64,000 nucleotides of DNA from NCBI RefSeq assembly GCF_963921235.1, contig NC_086097.1:26910001-26974000 (forward strand), in the 5' to 3' direction. Every line of letters begins with the position of its first letter. Position 1 is the stretch's first letter. Below are positions 12,627 through 23,550 of the stretch, piece by piece. The stretch comes from Mobula hypostoma (lineage: Eukaryota). The notes under the pieces were generated by a model. It searched no databases, was not told the origin of the DNA, and saw nothing but the letters and a program-made list of their open reading frames with translations. The position numbers were made by a program, and so were the translations under genes.

Positions 12627-14199
12627 CAGGTGTCCCCCGCTTTTCGAACGTTCGCTTTACGAAACCTCACTGTTACGAAAGACCTACATTAGTACCCTGT
12701 TTTCGCTTTCAGAAGGTGTTTTCACTGTTATGAAAAATAAATCAGCGTGCGATAAAAAATCAGTGCGCGAAAAACAGCGCGCACCCCGAGCAGCTGCTCT
12801 CCCCTGGATTCGGAACTGCGTTCTCGCCGGCATTGCTTTAACACGTGTCTGTGAGCAGCTGTTTGCAAGATGAGTTCTAAGGTATCAGAAAAGCCTGAAA
12901 GAGCTCATAAGGGTGTTACACTTAGCGTAAAACTAGACATAATTAAGCGTTTTGATCGTGGTGAACGAAGTAAGGACAACATGAGTTTGGCTTGTGGAAG
13001 CTGATGAACATGATGTTGAAGAGGTTTTGGCATCCCATGACCAAGAACTGACAGATGAAGAGCTGATGCAATTGGAAGAAAAAAGGATAACAATCGAAAC
13101 CGAATGAGTAATGATAAAGTACAACTTTAATTTTGAAAGGGTACGTCGGTTTAGGGGATATTTGCAGGATGGTTTGAGTCCTTACAAAGAACTGTATGAT
13201 AGAAAAATGCTCGAGGCTCAGCAGTCAAGCAACCCTCCACATCAGCCACAGCAGACGTCGAACCTCGACCTTCAACATCGAGGCAGGTAGAGATAGGAAA
13301 AGATGAGCTGCCTGCTCTAATGGAAACAGACGATGATGAGATGACACCCCAGTGTCCCACCACCCCAACCCCCAGGCCACGGACAGATACCAATTCACGG
13401 AGAATGCAGCGGTAGCTGGGAGGCACACAGCACATCTTTAAGAAAAAAGCCGAAATAAACATGCTAATTAATTAGGTGCCACCGACACGTAATTGTCGTC
13501 CCAGATCAGAGACGATGCAATCGGAAATCGGCACTGATCTGGGCCAACAATTACGTGCCAGGTGGCACCTAATTAATTAGCATGTTTATTTCAGCTTTTT
13601 TCTTAAAGCTGTGCTGTGTGCCTCCTGGCTACCGCTGCATTCCTGCATCATTCGCGGCAATGTATCAGTCGGCGACCTGGAGGGTGGGGGCCACTGCACC
13701 ACCCCATCCTGCGATGACTCAGTCTAACACACCATCATCAGTGTGCTTTGCGCTGTCTTCCCGATTCCCGTAAGTGATACTACACTGTACATACATTATT
13801 TCTACTTTATGTCGGCTGTGTATTTTTACATGTTATTTGGTATGATTTGGCAGCTTCATCGCTCAAAGGTTACTGGAGAGTGCTTGCACCGTGTTTTTGC
13901 CAACAGCGCTTGTGTGAGATTTTCGATACGGAGAACAGTTTTAGTAATGATTGTGGAAAAGAATTTCTACTTTATATAGGCCGTGTATTTATCATATCAT
14001 TCCTGCTTTTACTATATATTACTGTTATGTTAGGTTTTATGTGTTATTTGGCATGATTTGGTAGGTTGTTTTTGGGTCTGCGAATGCTCACAAAATTTTT
14101 TCATATAAATATATGGTAATTGCTTCTTCACTTTAGGACATTTCGGCTTATGAACCGTTTCATAGGAACGCTCTACCTTCGGATGGCAGGGGAAACCTG
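12627..14199 (+). mobile_element. Tigger/pogo-family DNA transposon, internally deleted
   Basis: TA TSDs at 12625-12626 and 14200-14201, with imperfect TIRs CAGGT(G/T)TCCCC. ATG at 12870 gives MSSK...KGVTLSVKLDIIKRFDRGE (CENP-B-type HTH start), joined to C-terminal EEVLASHDQELTDEELMQLEE. Excising the element restores L1 LEKVLPQIISEDQTGF. Confidence 0.9.
13402..13642. repeat. Long inverted repeat (about 108-bp arms) inside the Tigger
   Basis: GAATGCAGCGGTAG...CATGCTAATTAATTAGGTGCCACC...CCCAGATCAG is mirrored after a short loop. Mirror-image ORFs starting MFISAFFLK appear on both strands. Confidence 0.95.
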
Positions 14200-16731
14200 T
14201 AATACCTTTTCTAACCTTGATGCTAATATTTTAGAAAAAAAATCTTAGAATCTACATTCAGCAAGGATATCGGTCTATATGATGCACAATCAGTAGGATC
14301 CTTCTTTTAAAATTAGGACAATAGAGGCTCCATAAAATGAAAGTGGTAGTTTGCCTGTACTAATTGCATCTTTAAAAATTCTGCTCAACCAAGGAGAAAG
14401 AATGGAAGAAAAAGACTTTAAAAATTCTACTGTATAACCATCTGGACCGCGTGATTTACCAGAATTCATTGAAGAAATAGCACTCTTTATTTCTTCATCC
14501 GTAATAGGTATTTCTAATTTTAAACGTTCTTCGGACGTCAATTTCAGAAAGTTTAATTTCCTTAAAAAGTCATACATCTCATTGAGATCTTGAGGAAATT
14601 CTGACTGATATAAAGATGTATAAAATTCTTGAAAAGATTTATTTATCTCATCATGATCGACTGTCAGTGTGATCAGATTTACAAATTTTAATAATTTGAT
14701 GTTTGACTGAAGCTGTTTTCATTTGATTGGCTAATAATTTACCGTATTTATCACTGTGCATATGAAACTCAGCTCTTGTTTTCATTAGTTGGTTTTCAAT
14801 TGACGATGTTAAGAGTAAACTATGCTCCATTTGAAGTTTGACTCTCTGTTTGTAAAGCTCCTCATTGGGAGCAATGGCATTTTTTTAATCAATATCTTTG
14901 ATCTTATCAATCAACAGAAGTATTTCATTCTCAATACGATTTTTCAATCCAGTAGAGTAAGAAATAATCTGACCACGAATATATGCTTTAAACGTATCCC
15001 ATATAACTCCACTGGAAATTTCATCCGTATTGTTATTTGAAAAAAAGAAATCAATCTGATCTTTCATAAATTTTACAAACTCCAAATCTTGAAGCAAAGT
15101 AGAATTAAAAAGCCATTGTCTAGCATTAGAGGGTATGTCCGTTAACTTGATAGAGAGATTCAAAGGTGCGTGATTAGAAATAGCAATAATATCATAGTTA
15201 CAATCAATCACGGAAGGAATTAAACAAGAGTCTATAAAAAAAAAGTCAATCCTAGAATGTATGATGTACGTGTGAGAAGAATGAAAATTCCTTATCCTGA
15301 GGATTTAGAAATCTCCAGATCTCTGAAATTCCCGAGTCAATCAGGAACGAGTTGATAAGAGTAGCCGAATTGCTCGGTAAAGCCTGAGTAGATGTAGATT
15401 TATCCATTGAACAACAATTAAAATCACCACCCATTATCAACATATGATCATTTAGGTTAGGAAAGGAGGTAAATAATTGCTTTAAAAATTCTGGATAATC
15501 GACATTTGGGGCATAAACATTAACCATAACAACTTTTTTGTTAAAAAGTAAACCAGTAATTATCAAAAATCTACCATTCAGGTCAGAGAGAGTATCCTGA
15601 TGCACAAATGCAATTGAGGAATCTATAAGAATTGAAACTCCTTTCACTTTAGCTTGGGAGTTTGAATGATATTGTTATGTCTTCCAAAACTTAAAAAAGC
15701 GCTGATTATCCACTCTCCTCACATGAGTTTCTTGAGCAAAAATAATATGCGCATTCATTCTTTGGAATACTTTAAAAATCTTTTGTCTTTTAATCGGATG
15801 GTTTAATCCATTTGTATTCCAAGAAACAAAATTAATCCTCTGAGCCATAAGTACCGAAAATCAGCCTTTTGGTATGTAAAGAGCTAACCAAAGTGTAAAC
15901 TCATGAAATCGGAAGAGGAACCAGTGTTTGGAAAGGAAACAGAAGTTATGATACTGCAGACATTTTTGTAGTTCTAGATTAGCCCAATTCAAAAAACTAA
16001 TAGTAATAGTTAAAGTTCCTCCACCCACCACCCAGAAAAACCCCGAACTAGGCCAAGAAAAAGCCAGAAAGCTAACTAACACTAATTCTACCCCCATTTC
16101 TCAAGAAGACAGCTCATAAAATATATGTTGTTAAGAAGAGCACCAAAGATCCGAAACAAAAGGAAAAAAAAACTATGCTATGACAAAAAGAAAGTCAAAA
16201 ATTTAACAAATACAGCAAAAAAAATCTACGTATTATATTTTCTGAAATAATAGAAAAAAAAGATACCAGTACATGTTATAAAATATTGAATATTTGTAAG
16301 GGAGAGTACGGTAGTTAAATGAAAAAAAGGTCATCCGGAAAAGGAAAAGTATTATGGGAAGAAGACCCCAAAAAAAAGGCGGAATAATAAAAAAACAAAA
16401 GGTATTGTGGGAAGAAGAAGACAAAACGCCATGATGGTTATAGGAAAAAAAAATTAATAATCCCGCTCATAAAATAAGAGATTTTAAAATCCGACAGATA
16501 GTAACTGTTTCGGAAATCATAAACTTATAAATTCAGAAATTAAAAGGAAAAGAAAACAGAACGAATCCGCCAATAAAGGAAAATTTTGGTAAGATATGAA
16601 AAAAAATACCAACACTGCCAATCAAAACCAGAAAACTTAAACTTATAAAGGTCAATTTTCATAAATGAATTATAGGTTTGGAAAAAAAAACAGAAGAACC
16701 AAAACCCAATATTGCATGAATCAAGCAAAAA

Positions 16732-17379
16732 TTAGACCGTGGGATCTGATTCAAGTTCATCCAAGGAACTTTGAGCAGCACTTGTAGAATTGAAGAAGCG
16801 TTGCTGGGTGTTCAGAGGAGAATTTCTTAGACACGCAGGATACAATAACGCTGGTTTGAGACCTTTTTGGTAGCATTCTAACATCAGAGATTTGCCAGTC
16901 GCACTCTCATCACTTCGGGCAACTCGAATTAATTGCTCTTTAACATGAACATAATGAAATCGGATAATTATTGGTCTAGGTTTAGATTCAGAATCTGGTT
17001 TTCGACGTGAAATACGATGAGCACGATTGAGCAATGGAGGATCATCTGGAAGTTCAGAGCTGAACGCAGCCTTTAAAGGTTTAGAAAAGAATACTGTAGG
17101 ATCTCCATCCTCAGGACGACCAACTAAACATAAGTTCTGTTGTCTGGATCGATTTTCAAGATCAATAATCTTGGATTTAAGACTCTCCAGCTGTTTGTCT
17201 TTCAAAGAGACTTTTAATGCCAAACTCTCAATTTTGCGATCTCTGTTCTGCGCTTGCTCCTCCAAATCAGTAATCTTGTTTTTCAGACATGTAACTGCAT
17301 GATCCAGAACATTAATCGAATCCGTAATTGATTTAATTTCTTCTCTGAGCATATCGGCGTATTTTTTCCCATTGTTCAC
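16732..17379 (-). pseudogene. L1 ORF1 (coiled coil, RRM, CTD), partially deleted
   Basis: Heptad-rich N-terminal part, DLENRSRQQNL, RAHRI...PRPIIIRFH and LLYPACL are typical of L1 ORF1p. Confidence 0.88.
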
Positions 17380-18129
17380 GGAGCAAATTCATCGTTGTCT
17401 CATAGATTAATTCAGGTTGTTTGGGATCGAGTTTCCTTTTCCTGTCGCCATCGGCATCTTTTGCAGATTTAGGGTCTCGAAGTTTAGATTTTGTACTTGG
17501 TTCTATACTAGTATCTTCAAGATTCAGAATCCAAACTTACACAAAAGAGAAACAAAAAAAAATCTATTGCATGAGTCTTGTAGTGTAGAGAAAAGTAGAT
17601 TAAATAAAGGCGCTCATGAATATAAAATGAAATGGTAATGGAGCGAAGCCAAGAAGTAACTTTACTCCTTGAGCACGTCCTTGAGAATCCTGTTTTTTTC
17701 TATAGCTCATGCCAGAGTTGATGTTCTTACTCATTTTGTCAATTACAACGAGCTACAAAGTTATTACTTCGAGGAGTTGGTTTAAAATATTGGTATGCAT
17801 TTTGAGAACAGTGGTGAACAGCAGGCATTACTAATCTTTCACCAATTGTATGAGATTTTCTACACTATGCTATCATTTTGGAAATGTTATAAAAAGCAAT
17901 GAGACCACTATTAAGGTCATTTTCAGCTTTCCTGGCAAATGACTTGAGTGTACAGTGCTTATCAGGGTGTCTTTACGGAAGTGTTCCTGCAATCTTGATG
18001 GTTTCATGGCTTCATTAGACAGTGCAGTTTAACATACACTATCCACCACTCCCACTGACAGCTCATTTCACAGTAGGGTGGCAGAAGGCAGCTGGAAATG
18101 CTTGCAATAGAATGGGCAAAGGAAATCAA

Positions 18130-18195
18130 CGAGCCAGGTCAGACCTACGATCAGTTGATCCGGAGTCAGGCGCATTATCCATGTGTCACTGGCCC
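18130..18195 (-). pseudogene. tRNA-Arg pseudogene (Arg-ACG-type body, anticodon reads CCG)
   Basis: Minus strand GGGCCAGTGACACATGGATAATGCGCCTGACTCCGGATCAACTGATCGTAGGTCTGACCTGGCTCG aligns end to end by eye with vertebrate tRNA-Arg(ACG). The T-arm is partly deleted. Confidence 0.8.
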
Positions 18196-18209
18196 ATAAG
18201 AAAACGTAA

Positions 18210-18275
18210 CACCCAAATGGGGGTTTGAACCTTGCACCCTCAGATTAAAAGCTTCTCCATCTGAGCTACCCAGGC
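18210..18275 (-). pseudogene. tRNA-Lys(TTT) pseudogene
   Basis: Minus strand GCCTGGGTAGCTCAGATGGAGAAGCTTTTAATCTGAGGGTGCAAGGTTCAAACCCCCATTTGGGTG aligns by eye with vertebrate tRNA-Lys(TTT). About 7 nt of the 5' anticodon stem are missing. Confidence 0.82.
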
Positions 18276-18789
18276 TCTCAGGCAAATGAGGTAAAGAGAG
18301 ATTTTATCATTATCATTGATCTACCCCAAACGTTGCCAATGTCACTGTTGCCTATCACTTTAGTGCTGTTAAGAAGGAATTTATTGCTTTATTGTTTATA
18401 GAATATTTTGTCTAGAGGTGTGTGTGTACATACATCTAAGTGTACGAACAGCAAACAAGGAAGGTAACAGTGGCTGCTGTTACTGTAACAACGTGAGTTG
18501 CCTGAATGACTATCGCCCGGTAGTACTCACATCGACAGTGATGAAATGCTTTAAGAGGCTGGTCATGACTAGACTGAACTCCTGCCTCAGTAAGGACCTG
18601 GACCCATTGCAATTTGCCTATCACCACAATAGGTCAATGGCAAACGCAATCTCAATGGCTCTCCACAGGGCTTTAGAGTTAGACCACCTAGACCAGGGAT
18701 CCCCAACCTTTTTTGCACCGCAGACCGGTTTAATACTGACAATATTCTTGCGGACCGGCTGACCGGTGGGGGGAGGGGGGGTGTTCAAG

Positions 18790-21138
18790 TAGGGTTAAAC
18801 TCACCTCAACATGTCTTTTACAATTAGGGTTGCCAACTTTCTCACTCCCAAATAAGGGACAAAAGTAGCAGTCAAATCCCGGGACACTTTACCCCAAAAA
18901 GACTACCATGACCATGAAGCCTGGTGCGGGCACCTGTGTGCGCATGCGCGTACGTGCCAATTTTTTTCCACAAAATCGGTTTTGCCTTCATCTTACCGAC
19001 TATACTGTACATACATTATTTCTACTTTATATAAGCTGTGTATTTCTCATATCATGCCTGCTTTTACTATATGTTAGTGTTATTTTCGGGTTTTATGTGT
19101 TATTTGGTATGATTTAAACCATAGAATCATAGAAACTACAGCACAGAAACAGGCCCTTTGGCCCTTCTCGGCTGTGCCGAACCATCTTCTGCCCAGTCCC
19201 ACTGACCTGCACACAGACCATATCCCTCCATACACCTCCCATCCATGTATCTGTCCAATTTATTCTTAAATGTTAAAAAAGAACCCGCATTTACCACCTC
19301 GTCTGGCAGCTCATTCCATACTCCCACCACTCTCTGTGTGAAGAAGCCCCCACTAATGTTCCCTTTAAACTTTTCCCCCCTCACCCTTAACCCATGTCCT
19401 CTGGTTTTTTTCTCCCCTTGCCTCAGTGGAAAAAGCCTGCTTGCATTCACTCTATACCCATCATAATTTTATATACCTCTATCAAATCTCCCCTCATTCT
19501 TCTACGCTCCAGGGAATAAAGTCCTAACCTATTCAACCTTTCTCTGTAACTGAGTTTCTCAAGTCCCGGCAACATCCTTGTAAACCTTCTCTGCACTCTT
19601 TCAACCTTATTTATATCCTTCCTGTAATTTGGTGACCAAAACTGAACACAATACTCCAGATTCGGCCTCACCAATGCCTTATACAACCTCATCATAACAT
19701 TCCAGCTCTTATACTCAATACTTTGATTAATAAAGGCCAATGTACCAAAAGTTCTCTTTACAACCCTGTCTACCTGTGACGACACTTTTAGGGAATTTTG
19801 TATCTGTATTCCCAAATCCCACTGTTCCACTGCACTCCTCAGTGCCTTACCATTAACCTTGTATGTTCTATGTTGGTTTGTCCTTCCAACGTGCAATACC
19901 TCACACTTGTCAGTATTAAACTCCATCTGCCATTTTTCAGCCCATTTTTCCAGCTGGTCCAAGTCCCTCTGCGGGCTCTGAAAACCTTCCTCACTGTCCA
20001 CTACACCTCCAGTCTTTGTATCATCAGCAAACTTGCTGATCCAATTTACCACATTATCATCCAGATCATTGATATAGATGGCAAATAACAATGGACCCAG
20101 CACTGATCCCTGTGGTACACCACTAGTCACAGGCCTCCACTCAGAGAAGCAATTCTCTACCACCACTCTCTGGCTTCTTCCATCGAGCCAATGTCTAATC
20201 CAATTTAACACCTCTCCATGTATACCTAGCGACTGAATTTTCCTAACTAACCTCCCATGCGGGACCTTGTCAAAGGCCTTACTGAAGTCCATGTAGACAA
20301 TACCCACTGCCTTCCCTTCATCCATTTTCCTGGTAATCTCCTGGAAAAACTCCAACAGATTGGTCAAACATGACCTACCATGCACAAAGCCATGTTGACT
20401 CTCCCTAATAAGCCCCTGTCTATCCAAATGCTTGTAGATTCTGTCTCTTAGTACTCCCTCCAATAACTTACCTACTACTGACGTTAAACGCACCGGCCTA
20501 CAATTTCCCGGATTACTTTTCGATCCTTTTTTAAACAACGGAACAACATGAGCCACTCTCCAATCCTCCAGCACTTCACCCGTAGACAGCGACATTTTAA
20601 ATATTTCTGCCAGGGCCCCCGCAATTTCAACACTAGTCTCCTTCAAGGTCCGAGGGAACACTCTGTCAGGTCCCGGGGATTTATCCACTTTAATTTTCCT
20701 CAAGACAGCAAGCACCTCCTCCTTTTCAATCTGTACAGTTTCCATGGTCTCACTACTTGATTCCCTCAATTCCATAGATTTCATGCCAGCTTCCTTAGTA
20801 AATACAGACGCAAAAAACCTATTTAAGATCTTCCCCATTTCCTTTGGTTCTGCACAAAGCCGACCACTCTGATCTTCAAGAGGACCAATTTTATCCCTTA
20901 CAATCCTTTTGCCAAATTTGGTTGGTTATTTTTTGGGTCTGGGAACGCTCAAAAAATTTTCCCATATAAATTAATGGTAATTGCTTCTTCACTTTACGCC
21001 ATTTCGGCACGAAAGGTTTCATAGGAACGCTCCACCTTAGCAGGGGAAATACGGAAAAAGGGCTGTCCAGTATGGGACAAACCAGTTTAGCCCGATATAC
21101 GGGATGTCCCGGCAAATACGGGACAGTTGGCAACCCTA
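18790..21138. mobile_element. Second non-autonomous hAT (Tip100-like TAGGGTT termini) carrying a Tigger 3' fragment
   Basis: TAGGGTT at 18790, TAGGGTTGCCAACT at 18825 and AGTTGGCAACCCTA ending at 21138. 8-bp TSD TGTTC(A/C)AG at 18782-18789 and 21139-21146. Confidence 0.8.
19116..20913 (-). mobile_element. Young CR1 LINE, 5'-truncated (RT ORF 19447-20838)
   Basis: 463-aa open RT with KFADDTK. One 4-bp deletion near 19455 frameshifts the C-terminus. The tail is (TTCTATG[A/G])n. Confidence 0.95.
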
Positions 21139-22579
21139 TGTTCCAGTTCAACAGTGCGTGACAGGGAATGAGGAAAGGTGCAGCTGACTCATATCGTTTC
21201 CTCACGGACCGGTAGCACATGCTTTGCGGCCCGGTGGTTGGGGTCTGCTGACCTAGACAACACAAACACCTGCATCAGGACGCTGTTCATCGACTATAGC
21301 TCTGCATTTAAATCCATCATTCCCACAATCCTGATTGAGAAATTGCAGAACTTGGGCCTCTGTACCTCCCTCTGCAATTGGCTCCTCGACTTCCTAACTG
21401 GAAGACCACAAATTGTGCGGATTGGTGATAACATATCCTCCTGGCTGATGATCAACACTGGCGCACCTCAGGGGTGTGTGCTTAGCCCACTACTCTACTC
21501 TCTATATACACATGGCTGTGTGGCTAGGCACAGCTCAAATACCATCTATAAATTTGCTGACCATACAACCATTGTTGGTAGAATCTCAGGTGGTGATGAG
21601 AGGGCGTACGGGAGTGAGATATGCCTACTGCTGGAGTGGTGCCACAGCAGTAACCTGGCACTCAACGTCAGTATGATGAAAGAGCTGATTGTGGACTTCA
21701 GGAAGGATAAGACAAAGGAACACAGACTAATCCTCATAGAGGGATCAGAAGTGGAGAAATTGAGCGGCTTCAGGTTCCTGGGGAGCATTCTGACCGGCTG
21801 CATCACTGTCTGGTATGGAGGGGCTACTGCACAGGACCGAAAGAACCTGCAGAAGGTTGTAAACCTAGTCAGCTCCATCTTGGGCACTAGCCTACAAAGT
21901 ACACAGGATATCTTTAGGGAGCGGTGTCTCAGAAAGGCAGCGTCCATTATTAAGGACCATCAGCATCCAGGGCATGCTCTTTTCTCACTGTTACCATCAG
22001 GTAGGAGATACAGAAGCCTGAAGGCACGCACTCAGCAATTCAGGAACAGCTTCTTCCCCTCTGCCATCCGATTCCTAAATGGACATTGAAGCTTTGGACA
22101 CTACCTCACTATTTTTTTTAAATACAGTATTTCTGTCTTTGCAGGGTTTTTTTAAAAATCTATTTAATGTATGTAATTGATTTACTTGTTTATTATTATT
22201 GTTTTATTTTATTTATTATTATTTTTTCTCTGCTAGATTACGTATTGCATTAAACAGCTGCTGTTAAGTTAACAAATTTCATGTCACTTGCCGGTGATAA
22301 TAAATCTGATTCTTATTTCAATGAATGACAAACTACATGTTGTAAATTCACACTAACTGTGACATCTACATGAACGCTCCCTCAAGAAGGCAGCATCTGT
22401 TTTAGAGATCCCCACCATCCGGGCCATGCCATCTTTTCAGTGCTACCATCGGGCAGGAGTTACAAAAGCCTCAAGTCCCACACCACCAGAACAGCTATTC
22501 CCTTCAACCATTCAACTCTTGAACCAACCTGCACAACCCTACCTCAGTATAGCAGTTATGGACATTTTTTATTGAGATT

Positions 22580-22815
22580 TGGAGATACAGCACAGTGACA
22601 GGCCCTTCTGGCCTAACGAGCCTGCACTGCCCAATTACACCCATGTGACCAATTAACCTCACCTGTACGTCTTTGGAATGTGGGAGGAAACCAGAGCACC
22701 CGGAGGAAACCCACGCAGTCACGGGGAGAACGTACAAACTCCTTACAGCCCGCAGTGGGAATTGAACCCGTGTGGCTGGTGCTGCAGTAGCGTTAGGTTA
22801 ATTGCGATGTGACAT
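22580..22815 (-). mobile_element. V-SINE
   Basis: Well-preserved core tttggaatgtgggaggaaaccagagcacccggaggaaacccacgcagtcacggggagaacgtacaaactccttacag, plus a B-box. Confidence 0.8.
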
Positions 22816-23008
22816 TTGTGGACATTTTTTTTACTTTAATTGTACTCTTGTATAATTTTGTTTGAATTTATGCTTTTCTTGTGAATGTTGTGTATCTGAT
22901 CCTCTGTGCCTGTGATGCTGTTGCAAGTAAGTTTTGCATCGCACCTGTGCAGATGAAAATAGACTTGACTTTGACTGTATCATTGTATCCTGTGTCTCTA
23001 AACAACAG

Positions 23009-23123
23009 GGGATAGGAACAGGTCGATTCTTGGTACAAAGAGGTCGACAGCCGGACTGCAAGCCACCGGAGATGTTGTTTCCTGTCCCTTACGACCTTCC
23101 ACCACAGCACTATGGTAACAGAG
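23009..23123 (+). CDS. TDP1: TDP1 penultimate coding exon
   Basis: Acceptor AG at 23007-23008 (phase 0). Encodes GIGTGRFLVQRGRQPDCKPPEMLFPVPYDLPPQHYGNR plus one base (human ...FPVPYDLPPELYGSK). Donor GTAGGT at 23124, phase 1. Confidence 0.93.
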
Positions 23124-23239
23124 GTAGGTGAAAGGCTTCATTGCTCTATGATCTTCACAGGAGAATTCCTCCCTAAAACTCTCCACCTCTTCCTTGAAGA
23201 AGTTGCTTAAACCTCACTTCTTCCACTGAGCTTTAGTTA

Positions 23240-23550
23240 AGGTAAATGCAAACAGGCTTTTTCCACTGAGGTTGGGTGGGACTACGACCAGGGGTTAAGG
23301 GGGAATCGTGAGAAGTTTAAGGGGAACATGAGGGGAACTTCTTCACTCAGAGGGTCATGAGAGTGTGGAATGTGCTGCCAGCACAAGTGGTGCAGGCAAA
23401 CTCGATTTCAACGTTTAAGAGAAGTTTGAATAGGTACATGGATGGTAGGGAACTGGAGGGCTGTGGTCCTGGTGCAGGTCATTGGGAGTAGGCAGTGTAG
23501 ATGGTTTTAGCATGGACTAGATGGGTCGAAGAGCCTGTTTCTGTGCTGTG
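23240..23550 (+). mobile_element. CR1 3' end fragment
   Basis: Similar to 62490-62817. Confidence 0.75.

Larger units (their letters stand above)
10517..15848 (-). pseudogene. L1 ORF2 (APE endonuclease, RT, CCHC), frameshifted and interrupted
   Basis: Starts MAQRINFVSWNTNGLN. Contains EN motifs VNVYAPN and GGDFN, then GPDGYTVEF, RGTRQGCPLSP, LYADD and C-terminal CDRC..THMFWSC. Confidence 0.92.
10129..17685 (-). mobile_element. Full-length L1-clade LINE (about 6 kb without the nested Tigger), inactivated
   Basis: ORF1, ORF2 and an A-rich tail with AATAAA near 10150 are present. 16-bp TSD AAT(T/C)CTGTTTTTTTCT at 10113-10128 and 17686-17701. Confidence 0.93.
8797..18025 (-). mobile_element. 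hAT (Charlie/Buster-type) DNA transposon with decayed transposase, split by L1
   Basis: TIR CAGTGTTTCCCAACC at 8797. Minus-strand transposase remnants include LSNEAMKPSRLQEHF (about 17980-18022), EFGIQLDEST across the L1 junction, and VISAINKIKAHPLN (about 9725-9775). The other TIR was not found. Confidence 0.85.
18694..21250. mobile_element. Non-autonomous hAT (Charlie-like) MITE, outer element of a nest
   Basis: Perfect 8-bp TSD ACCTAGAC at 18686-18693 and 21251-21258. Imperfect TIRs CAGGGATCCCCAACC / GGTTGGGGTCTGCTG. Confidence 0.9.
18490..22315 (+). mobile_element. Rex1/Babar-type LINE split by a composite hAT MITE
   Basis: [12 protein letters not shown]...LDHLD at 18490-18693 resumes as LDNTNTCIRTLFIDYSSAF at 21251. 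The 3' UTR ends near 22315. Confidence 0.9.

Noticed and set aside
18130..18275. Functional tRNA genes
   Set aside because: Each is only 66 nt with a deleted stem segment and would not fold into a full cloverleaf; kept as pseudogenes.
18320..18350. Second TIR of the hAT (gttgccaatgtcactg)
   Set aside because: Weak match to GGTTGGGAAACACTG, the flank does not reproduce the expected TSD ACCTGGGG, and the interrupted SINE does not resume there.
1711..22089. RT ORFs as retron, DGR, group II intron or defence-type systems
   Set aside because: Motifs, 5' truncation, 3' UTR tails and multicopy dispersal identify them as CR1, Rex1/Babar and L1 retrotransposons.
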